This document shows, piece by piece, positions 13,825 to 23,856 of a stretch of 31,078 bases of DNA. The notes under the pieces were generated by a model. It was not told the origin of the DNA and searched no databases. It worked only from the letters and a program-made list of their open reading frames with translations. A program made the position numbers and the translations under genes. Source of the DNA: Tricharina praecox (lineage: Eukaryota); assembly GCF_024521635.1 (NCBI RefSeq), contig NW_026250409.1:1488001-1519078 (forward strand), in the 5' to 3' direction. The stretch's first letter is position 1; the number at the start of each line of letters is the position of its first letter.

Positions 13825-13865
<41 letters not shown>
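13820..13865. repeat. (AAT)n microsatellite
   Basis: Direct run of about 13 AAT units. Confidence 0.95.
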
Positions 13866-15982
13866 GTGAATCATTCCACGTATGTTCGACCGTTTCCCGT
13901 GCTGGCAGCTATTGTAGTCTACGCCCAGTACCATCTCCTCCAAGTCCAACTTGGCTTCTCCGCCTCATTGCGAATTTCCGCCCAAAAGGTGCTGACATAA
14001 TGTCAAAGAAACTGGCACGACACTGATGTCTCCATGCGCGATACCCGGCGATCGTCTTATTCCTCTTATTCCTCGTCTTCCTCCGGCACCGATGTGTTGA
14101 GAGAGTCCAGTACACCTAGGTAGGCCATACCGTTCATCCGCAATGATACTCAGACATCTGGACCTCGGCTCTTTTCCGCACTTCGTCCTCCGCTGGACCT
14201 TTGCCACACAGAAGTGTGTGTTCCGACTCTCAAGTACGCGGTGCCACTTCTCCTCGTGCGCACTTGACCAACATCTATCGCGTGCTTCGCAAAAGTGCTT
14301 GGGAACCCCATCGTTCCAAGACCAGTAATCCGACCGACTGATGGATACTTTTGTTGTCCTGGTGGCCTTGGTACTGGACCAAGGTGGACAGAACACCCTT
14401 CTTCAAATTATCGATGATCTGCAACTTCCACACCAGGAGTCATGTACCGAGAAGTACCCTCTATGGTTAGTCGTGTCTACAAACCTCCCCCTTCTCTCTA
14501 ACGTGACCACATGAATCTCGGCCACCACTACCCGACATCTCAAGGTGAAGACAGAGCGAAAACATTCGCAGTCGTTTCCAGCTTCACCGTCCGGGTCGTT
14601 TGAGATCTTTGTGGTGTCATGGGGCGCATATTCGGGCTGTGTCCTCGGAGGTCCCATGTGGAATGACCAACTTCTCCGCTCGGGCAGCTCAGTCGCCCTA
14701 GCCGTACCGAGCTGGTACCTTTACAGTTAAAGGGTAATTGTAGGGTTTTACTAACCCTCGGGTATCCAGGTCGCCGAAGCAAGATACAGCACAGATGATC
14801 ACTCGCGACTCCCCCCGCTACCCAATGTTCCGCCATGTGATTCCGCCACAGGAGCCAGCAGCGGATACTCTGAAAGCGAGCCAGGAAAGAGACGGCCCGG
14901 GGAAAGCATCGCTTCAGAATCCGCCACCTCTTCCCTGACAAGCGCTGCAGCGACGCAATCCTGGAGTTCCTAGCAACAACGGATGTGGGGTGACCAGCTC
15001 TCCCGGTTAAGGAATAGTTGGCCAGCGAGTCCACGGCTAGACGGTGTGGACAAGTCGAGCTGCGGCTCGGAAGATATTATCAGCCGCAGAACCTCGGTGC
15101 TATCCTGACGTGAGGAGTCTCTTCATTGTACATACCTACGGGTGCCAGTTCTCGACCTAAATGGGTCGAAGCTACCCGGGGCGCTTCGCCGCCAAAACAC
15201 TTTTAGGTAAAATGCAATAACGAAGCTTACCTACCGGTGGTGTTTTCAAGCCCGTGTCTGAACCCTCTGCATCCGGCGGCACACTTACACACAGCACAGC
15301 GCATCTGAATACGGCGGTACAGCATCTCAACGCCCGTTACCGGCCTGCGTCGCCATGACGCCAGTACGGGGGGCGGAGGTCAATCACAGTAAAGCGAGAA
15401 ACCGTTGGATACCGACCTAGACTATTGGTCTACTATTCTTGCGAGCAATACCGGCACTCCAGACTGGCACAATCTCCCATCCGGTACCGGGAAACCGCGT
15501 CGTTAGTTTCACTCAGTACCGAGTGGGACTGTTCGGTACCAGACGGCCTGGTTATGCTCATATCGGTGCAGCCAACGGTACCGTCCCCATCCGGGACTGC
15601 CCCGGTCTGTCCCGGGAAAGCCCTTCACTGGTAGCCAGAACACGTTGAGTTGTTCGAATGGCCTTGTGGACTCTGCCATTTCTCGACTGAGATGGTGTTC
15701 TCAATGTTAGTGAATGCACTAAATTATCTCTGGGAAGATGGTTTTAACTGTAAAGAGTCGAGTGACTTTGACATGTGTAATTACTTCTATGACCCTACCC
15801 ACCGTATACGAATCTAATTCTAGGATTATTTCAACATACATTATAAAGCTCAGTGCGAAAGAAAAAGACGCTCTGGATAAGGATACCAGAATCAATACAG
15901 GCCAGCCGTAGAAAAAAGATTCGACAGCCCAAATTGGCGGGCCGTGGACGAATACTAAATTTGACAGATTTTCGCGCGAAGC

Positions 15983-17551
15983 TCAGAAGATACACCTTCT
16001 CCCACCAATAGCACCGCCCAGCTTTGGACTCTGTGTTTGCACAGCATCGAACAAACTCTTCGCGGAGTCGGTTCGGGTGTGCGAATGAACCTCCTTCACT
16101 AATTCCACCCTTCTCGCACTGTTTCCCAGGTTTTGTTCGCGGTCAACATTCACTATCGGGACTCCATGCCGAGAGGGACGTCGCGGGACTCGTGAGTAGG
16201 CATGCTTTGGACTCGTGATTGTACTGTCGAAAGCATGGACCACAGAAACATCGCTGTCACCGCGGAAGTGACGCGGCTCTGGTAAGGTGTCCCGGTGTCT
16301 CGGAGGCGGAGGCGAGCTGGACGGCGCGGGTGAGCTGAGCAAGCCGGCCATAAGGGACGTGATCTCCTCTCCTAGTCGATGGAGATTATTGGCACCGACA
16401 GTGCTAGCCGAGAATCGGCTTCGATCGGGGAATTTAGGAGGCTGCAACGCATTTTCGGAATCTCGGACCCTGGGTTGAGGCGATGTGCCTGCAGGTCTGT
16501 CGTCATCCCCGGAGGAGAAGTCACTGGGAGCTTTGTCGATGACCACCGGCGGTTCAGTGAGACAAGGCGGTCCGGATATGAATGTATTTCGCGCCCGAAG
16601 GTAGAGGTGCAGGGTACTGGCGATGATACCCGAAGTATTGATAACCACCGCCGACAGGAAAGAGAGCTCTCGGACCGTCGTGCCCTGCGAGACGACGATG
16701 AAGTTGGGCAAGAGAAGGATCTGTCTCGGGGTCAGCTTACTCTTCAGGTGAGGTGAGGTGCCTGCCGATCAGTATACACACCCATTGTAACATCAGGGCA
16801 GCGATGAAGTAAAGCTCCCGACTCGCCGACATTCGACCTTCGAGGTCAACCCGCGTCTGCCTGGACAAGTTTACACAGATAACCGCGGCCAAACTAGCTG
16901 TCACGAGGAGCGCGGCGACTAGCACTACGGCTCCGATGCTTGCGAACCCGCCTACGAGCATCATCAGCTCTCCGGAACAGACTTGGCGGTCATCCTTCCA
17001 TGTTCTGAGCCATACGGGGAGCATGGTAAGGACAAGCAGCAGGACAAGCCCGCAGAATATGAGGAATACACGCTTTATGGACCGTGGTTTGAACCGGGGA
17101 GAACAAACAGCTCTCAAGCCCGTATCGACTATAAAGACGAGAGCGGTATAACTTGGGATCCACGTCGCTACATCGTCAGTGCAAGGTAAAATCCGGCAAG
17201 GAGGAAGAGGTCACCTATCCATGCCACAACCGCCCACTGCTCGCACATCCTATACCCTCCCAAGCCCTGACTCTCCACAATCGCTAACATTACGCCCTGC
17301 GCAAATACCGCAATGCTGAAGATCAATGGAAACAATTCCTTCCCGGATAGCAACTCCCACCACCCGGGGGCCGTGAGCAACCCAGCCTTCTCTAGGTCCC
17401 GTGAAGTTGTACGGGCATTGTATGCGTCCCAGCAGATTCGTGCGCCCAACGAGACGGACGAAGCGATGTTGATTCCAGTCAATATCACTGTCGCCATGCG
17501 AAGTTGGTAGTGCTGATCGGGCCCGGGGGAGCCGGGGGCGGGAGGGTGCAT
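15983..17551 (-). CDS. Seven-transmembrane (GPCR-like) fungal membrane protein with a long Ser/Pro-rich C-terminal tail; 3 exons, ~486 aa
   Basis: Exons 17551-17215, 17167-16782 and 16720-15983. Introns are 17214-17168 (GTGACC..CTGAC..TAG) and 16781-16721 (GTGTGT..GCTGAC..CAG). They join ORF pieces 17168-17551, 16737-17117 and 15983-16711 in frame (..VVAWIATWIPSY.. and ..LMLQWILLLPNF..). Seven hydrophobic segments are visible by eye. Confidence 0.82.
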
Positions 17552-20379
17552 TATTTCCGACGAACAGACGGCCGGCAGGCGGCGGCGGACGGTTTTTGAG
17601 AGCGAGAGCGAGGGTTATAGGTGGAATCGATGGAGTTAATTCCCTTCGGGAACAGCGAAGGACGAGGTTTTCAACCTTCTGGACGCAAAAATTTGTGGTG
17701 CCTGGCACCGAGCAAAAGCACATGGCTCGTTTAAAAGCCGCCTGGATCGTCGCGATTAGCTGGGATTAGCGCTCGGGCACTTGGGACCTGTTAGACATGG
17801 TACACTACCAAGACGTTTCAAATAGCGGCCAAGTTGGAAGTTGGGACGGGCTGGTTGGTCGGAACGGGTTAATTGACAGGTTGCAAGGCTTGACCGCCAC
17901 GTGAGTGGGAGCACGAACCATATCAGGCCACAGATATATGTTCGCAAATGGTTAATCAGCCCGTCGATTGGCTGAACTTGAAGACGCGTCCCGTGCGGGA
18001 CTCCTTGCTCAGGAGCTGGTGGCTTTTGGCCTTACCATCCCGTCGTCTCCTTTTTCTATAGTAGCACTATGCGGGTAGATGATGGATTCGTGGATCTAGT
18101 ACGTCATGTGTCTGTTGCTCGCCACCATCACTGATCGCAGATCGATCTCCGCAGGCCACGGTTGGGACTCGGGGTTACATGTATTGTACGTTGAACATTC
18201 TTCACATGGGCTGCTCACTGACCGTAGAAACTGTCATGATCTGCATGGTGGACATGTCAACGAGTTCTCCGGTCGATTTCAACACACGAAGGTCGATTCC
18301 TTACTCTTTCCACGTATCTTTCTCGATCCGCAGATGGCATAGCGCATGCCAAAAACATCCCGCGTGTTTCGAAGCCCACGTTGTATGAGTGAAGATTCTG
18401 CAGATCTGAAACATCTCCGTTTCACGCAACAGCCGTTTAACCGTTTGGTTAGGCGGGATAGGTCCGCGTGGGAAGCGAGAATGCCAAGCGACGGTATATT
18501 CCGGATATATTGACGAGGTACAGCCAAACATACGGTACCTCGTGGGCGGTTGCAGGGGTGGAATGGCTGCGCCGCGAGGCATAAGCAGTTGCCAGCGATC
18601 GATCAAGTGCCGGGTGTCAAGAATAGGGTCATGTATGATGTGGGGCCGTATAGCTGTTCGGTAAACTGTTGTTCAACCTCACCAGGAAATAATCGCTCCA
18701 AAACAATGGCCATCTGAATGATCTCAAATTCCCCCCCCCCCTTCTCAAACCGTAACCTCCATAAGCCAAACGCTGTTGAAGGGTAGTAGCTCCGCCTAAG
18801 AATTACTCGTTGCTTAGTCCCTGTGTCTCCGCTTCATGTTTCTGGGCTCCGATCCCGCCTTTCATCCCAATCGACTCAAACGGGGCCTACCCGCGCTACC
18901 TAGGGACTTCCGAGTAAATCAAACCCACCTCTTCTTTCTTCCACGCAAAATCCTCCCCCTGCTCCAAAGCTTCACTAGATGCCTCCGTTCTCCTTCTCCT
19001 CCTCCGACATAGACACCAGCTTGCCAACATCGGTGGTCTGTAAGAAATCTCGGATTTCTGGGCAGCACCACAAGTCGATCTAGTCGGTGGCTATGCGAGT
19101 GCGGCAGTGGCGGGGCCGTGGGCGGTCGTCTCCTGTGGCCCGCTCCGCTTCTTTTCAGAGCGTCTTCTTTTCCGCCCTCCACCTCGTTATGCTTGAACAG
19201 ACATTCTTGGGTCTGAATGCACTGGTATAAGCACCATCATCATCACTCGATCGGTGAAAGTGCTTCCCCATATGGGCAATCCCAGACTACCGGTAGCACC
19301 GAGATGCTGTCCACCTGTCTGTCTTGCCGGGATTGGGTCCGGCTTAGTTTTCATCCGGAACAGGTAGGCAAACGCAACCACCGTTCAAACCATAACTGAG
19401 CATCTGACGGCTTCTTTTCCGAGACCCATCGACTGAGGTGCGTTAGGGAAACCGGGACGGGCATTGAGTGCTTAATGTACTCTACTTGTTGACGCGGGCT
19501 AGCCACTCGATTCCACTCTGTGGTTGTCGTGTTCGTTGGTAGCGATTTTGGCCTAGCCGTCAGCAAGCTCATCGCCGGGGATGCCCATATGTGCAGGGCG
19601 CCGATTGATCTCGATATCGATTGTTGGTTCTTGATTCCGTAGAGACTCGATCAAACTCCTTGCTTGTAAGGTGTAAATCTAGCTATGGCGAAGCTCATCA
19701 TAGCCATTCGCTGAATTGCGGTCTGCGCATGTGTGGGGATGTGCTCTCTGCCAAGTTCCCTGCCGTTTCGCCCGGTTCGTTGCTTTGGCTGTGACGGCTA
19801 CTTTTCTCGGGTTGAAATATATGGGTAGACAGATGATGATATGCTATTCGATACAGAAGAAGAACCTATCGTCGACAGCGAAGACCTCAATTTATGACTG
19901 AGAGGTCACTTAAGGTTGGCCGCTCATCAGAGTTCGCCGGGTCCGCTCATCAGACTTCGCCTGGCCATCGAGACTCTTCCACCGCCAACCCTTAACTCGT
20001 GCCGAGATCTCCGGGCGACCAAAGTTTGACATCTCGGATGAAGCTCCATAGGCCTTTCATTATACCTAGGACTGCTAATTCTTCCGTACCACCGAGTGCG
20101 CTGCCGCTACACTCTCATGCGGCGTACATCAGGTCGGGCGATACAGCTGTTCAATTATTGCCTGCATCAGGGAAAACATGTTTGCTTAAGCACGTAGTCG
20201 GCTGAAAGGCCACTCCCTCAACTATTCCGGACCATGACTCGGCCGCGCCCTCACCTCTTCCGGGGCCTCGACTGACCGTTCACTCAACCGACCGTTCACT
20301 CAACTCTTACGCGCCCTTGACTCCTCCGCGCCTTGACCCTTTTCGTTCATTGATTCTTCCGCGCCCTCGACCTGATCCC

Positions 20380-20462
20380 TCAACTCTTCCGCGCTGTCAA
20401 CTCTTCTGCGCCGTCAACTCTCCCGTTTCGTCAACTCTCCGGTGCCGTCAGCTCATCCGTCG
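20380..20462. repeat. 17-bp minisatellite (TCAACTCTTCCGCGCCG), ~5 copies, with looser copies back to ~20217
   Basis: tcaactcttccgcgctg / tcaactcttctgcgccg / tcaactctcccgtttcg / tcaactctccggtgccg / tcagctcatccgtcg. Confidence 0.75.
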
Positions 20463-21196
20463 CTCTCTCCTCTCGCTGACAGCTCCTCCATCGCTCCGCC
20501 ACACCGCGTAGTCGCGGCCACGGCCGCAAGGTTTTGTATTTTACAGAGCGTCACCGGGTTCATCGTACTGTCGCCTCCCAGGCAATTGCAAGCAGTGAGT
20601 CTCTGATTCTGTCAGACAGCCAGCTGAGTCTTAGGAATATGGCGTCCAGTCAACCATTGAAACTGTTTGAGACAAGACAGAACCAACAGTACTCGGGGTA
20701 TGAAGGACCACAGGTTTCGCTAATCTGGGTTGGGGGTAGGGGGATGGGTACGCCAGTTTTCTCCATCGTCCGGTCCGTCCGTCCTGAGCCTCAAACAAGG
20801 ATAGACAGCGTGCCTCCTGTCCGTCCGAGCCTAGGACGTGACCACCAAGGTTTTTTCAGCGGACGGACGAGACGGACGGCCCTGGACGACTGTCGACGAC
20901 CGTCTGCTAAGCCGTGGGTAAATGTTTTTTGTTCATTCATTTCTTGCATGCGACCTATCTAGATCATGGCAATATCATCTACCCGTGCACCTCCCCGTTT
21001 CCACGCCACTTTCCAACCCAAGTTCCATCAAGCGGCCCGATGTAGGTTCCCCTGCCCTCCGCCCTGGCCTTTCCCGACAGTATATGAGCGCACCAAACAG
21101 AGGCAGAACCAGGAAGTGGCAACGATCGTTCCCTCGCCACTTCCGCTTCCACCACTCGCGCCGCCCTCGTCCCGCACCCACGCCCCCCGCACCCGG

Positions 21197-21745
21197 GCGC
21201 TCCCACCACCGAGCGAGAGGTTGAAGGTGGATTATGAGGTCACAGGACTGGCAGGGCACTCGCACCACCAAGCGAGACGAGACAGCACGACTGTGGCAGG
21301 GCACTGCCACCACCGAGCGGGACGCGACCGCACGAGTGTGTCGGGGCGATCCCGCCGCCGGGAGAGACGTGGGGAGTAGTGTGGCAGCGCGCTCCCGTCA
21401 CCCCCGCGAGACGAGGTCTCAGGACTGTGGTAGAGCGCTCCAACCACTCAGCGAGAGTTTGGGAGTGGATAATGAGGTCGCACGACTGTGACAGAGCACT
21501 CCCACTACCAAGCGAGACGAGACCGCACGACTGTGTCGGGGCGCTCCCGACGCCGGGCGAAACGTTGGGAGGGGACTACGAGTTCGCAGCACTGTGGGGG
21601 GGGGAGGGGGTACAGGATTGCGGCAGGGCGATCCCGCCACCGAGCGAGATGTTGGGGGTCAACTAAAAGATCGCAGGACTGTGGCAGGTCGCTCCCAACT
21701 GCGAGAGAGACGTTGGGGGTGGACTACGAGGCCGCACGACTGTTA
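21197..21745. repeat. GC-rich subtelomeric minisatellite, ~10 degenerate units of ~45 bp and ~60 bp
   Basis: Approximate consensus GCRCTCCCACCACCGAGCGAGACG(TTGGGGGTGGACTA)GAGRCCGCACGACTGTGGCAGG, repeated in tandem. Confidence 0.85.
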
Positions 21746-21837
21746 TGACAAAAATGATTCCCGTGAATACGAAGACAGATGGCGTCGTAATCCGGTAGCC
21801 AAGCGATGGGAATTGGCTGAGCGGCTCCACCGTGGTG

Positions 21838-22383
21838 CTCTACAGCCCAGCAGGACCAAAATCTGCTATATCGCAGTCAATATTCGACTGTTTCTCTCGA
21901 CCAGAGACTCGTTGGGACCCCTACGGTATGCATACTGCACTTGGCATATCGCTCGCTAGGTGTGACGCAGTTTACTGGTCGGCCGTAGACGATCTGGTTG
22001 CTCCACCGCCCAGCAGGACCAGAAACTGAAATATCTCAGTCAGTATCCGCCTGTTTCTCTCAACCAGACACTCGCTGGCATCCGCAAGGTGAGCTTATTC
22101 CACTCGGCGTATTTTTCCACTCGCCGTCTCGCTCCGTGGGTCTGACGCAGTTTGCTGGTCGTGCGTGGGCGATCTGGTTGCAGCGTCTACAGAACCAAAA
22201 ACTGCTACTGTTGATGACACAATCACCTCTGAAAGGTACGTATCGGCACGCGTGCTACCGGATACTACTTCACTTCTGTCCTCAGCTATCGATTATATTC
22301 TCACCACAGTCATGCACGTAGCGGCTGGCTTTTCACCAGGGCTCTTCGCTGGCCTCGCCCATTGCACCCTACCCCCAATTTGA
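21838..22383 (+). pseudogene. Possible degenerate gene made of a tandemly duplicated exon-intron unit
   Basis: Two ~165-180 bp copies (PAGPKSAISQSIFDCFSRPETRWDPY / PAGPETEISQSVSACFSQPDTRWHPQ), each followed by an intron-like GT...GACGCAG (21926-21970; 22089-22150). The frame breaks between the copies. Confidence 0.4.
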
Positions 22384-22454
22384 CCTCGCCCTTGACTACC
22401 CGTTCTCCAACAGTTTCTCAGTCTTATCGCTCGCAGACGAACTGATCAGTTGGT

Positions 22455-22770
22455 GGAGAACCAGGGAGCCGCGCCCTGCAGTACCACCAAAACAGCAATT
22501 TGGGCATCCCCCAGCCAAAGAGCACCCTCAAATAGCGGTCCCACAGAGAACTTTTTCAGACAAGAACACTTCAACTATGCATGGGGATGGATGGCGTTGT
22601 AATCCTGTAGCCATACCATGAGAATTCGCGGACCGGCGCTCTCCAGTACCACCAAAACAGCGATTTCAGCCACCCCCAGCCCGAGAGCACCATTAAATGG
22701 TGGTCCCACAGAGAACTTTGTATGACTGAATTAGTTCTAATATGCATGGGAGTGGATGCCGTCGTGGTCA
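22455..22770. repeat. ~165-bp diverged tandem duplication
   Basis: cagtaccaccaaaacagc...gagcacc...ggtcccacagagaacttt...tatgcatggg occurs at ~22479-22585 and again at ~22643-22750. Confidence 0.8.
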
Positions 22771-23063
22771 CGTTTCAATCCGTTCAAAACTTGGGGCTAA
22801 AATTGGTGTATACCTCAAAATGATTGAGTGATACATGGTGACCAAAGATCAGCATCACAATTCATGATGGGCGGTGCACGAGAGATGTTTTGTGATGTAG
22901 ATTGTATTCAGTGATATTTTATGACAGCTTTTACCACCCATCTACTCCAGCTCCAGAATATTTCCCATGTACCCCTCTGTCCTCAATGTACCCCACAACA
23001 TATGTTATAACTAAAGTAGAGGAATTCTCCACCACAATAAAATAGGTTTTGGTTCAACCTAAA

Positions 23064-23128
23064 TGCGAGACTGGAACAGTTTCGGGACGTTGGAGTCTTG
23101 TTAGACATCTAGTAGAGAAGAAAGTCAG
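23064..23128 (-). mobile_element. U5 end of an older, related LTR (minus strand), split by the young element
   Basis: The reverse complement CTGACTTTCTTCTC...AGACTCCAACG...CCAGTCTCGCA aligns with the end of the young LTR, CTGACTTTTATTCT...AGACTCCGACG...CCAGTCTCACA. Confidence 0.8.
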
Positions 23129-23818
23129 TGTGACACCCCGATAGGTATCGGAGGTCACGGCGGGTAGCAAGAGATGTGATTAGATAGTTCGGGTGATTAG
23201 AATAGAGTTGCGAGCCGAAAGAATAGTTAGAAGCGATCAAGGACAAGATAGGAAGGAGGGAGCAAACGGATTCCAGAGTCTAGACAGTGATCGGAGATGC
23301 GGGAGATCGGGATAACAGTCCAGAGGACTTTGAGATCTCCGATCATAGGGCCCCGCAGTAGGAACTCCGATCCAGGAAAAAACTGTTATGACGAGAGAAT
23401 CGAACATCGACCGATGGGGGCAGACAACTTCGAGCGAAGAACTCTGCCGGCGCATGAGGGAGATAATTGCTCGGAAACTCCGATCTATCTTGGGCGCGTG
23501 GTGTTTACCACCTGCCTAGTCGAGAAGACTATCCGAAGAGAGCTGACGACGACTCAAGGCTAGGCCGCGGAACTCCGATGCAAAGGAAGCAACGGAGCTA
23601 CGTTAGGCCGCACTCTAGAGGAATCACGTGCTGAGGATCGGGACGACTATAAGTCGAACCGAGCGTGCAACCGAACAAACTACAATCATCGCACCGAACA
23701 AACCATCGAACAAACACCCTTAAGATTATTCCGTTGTGAATTGTCGAAATCCCTGACTTTTATTCTATCCTCGATATCACCATAGACTCCGACGGCACCA
23801 ACCCGTCCCAGTCTCACA
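23129..23818 (+). repeat. 5' LTR (690 bp)
   Basis: TGTGACACCCCG...CCAGTCTCACA; differs from the 3' LTR by 5 substitutions and 1 indel in a by-eye comparison. Confidence 0.97.
23625..23653 (+). promoter_or_regulatory. Putative LTR promoter: CACGTG E-box and TATA-like TATAAG
   Basis: CACGTG at 23625-23630 and TATAAG at 23648-23653, about 65 nt upstream of the inferred R start. Both motifs are conserved in the diverged older LTR (30632-30637 and 30606-30613, minus strand). Confidence 0.55.
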
Positions 23819-23820
23819 CT

Positions 23821-23832
23821 ATAATCTTAAGG
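23821..23832 (+). other. Self-priming primer binding site (ATAATCTTAAGG)
   Basis: Lies 2 nt after the 5' LTR and is the perfect 12-nt reverse complement of LTR 23718-23729 (CCTTAAGATTAT). It lacks the TGG start of a tRNA-type PBS. Confidence 0.8.
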
Positions 23833-23856
23833 TTACAGTCACCGATTTCTATCGAT

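Noticed and set aside
13965..15034. Cluster of 60-160 aa ORFs on both strands
   Set aside because: No motif, coherent splice model or coding-like composition that I can support.
21197..21745. CRISPR-like array
   Set aside because: The units are degenerate tandem copies without unique spacers, the context is eukaryotic, and there are no cas genes.
23297..23563. 88-aa ORF inside the LTR (duplicated at 29976-30242), plus the 72-aa antisense ORF
   Set aside because: Their identity only reflects the LTR duplication; there are no recognisable motifs and they lie upstream of the inferred TSS.
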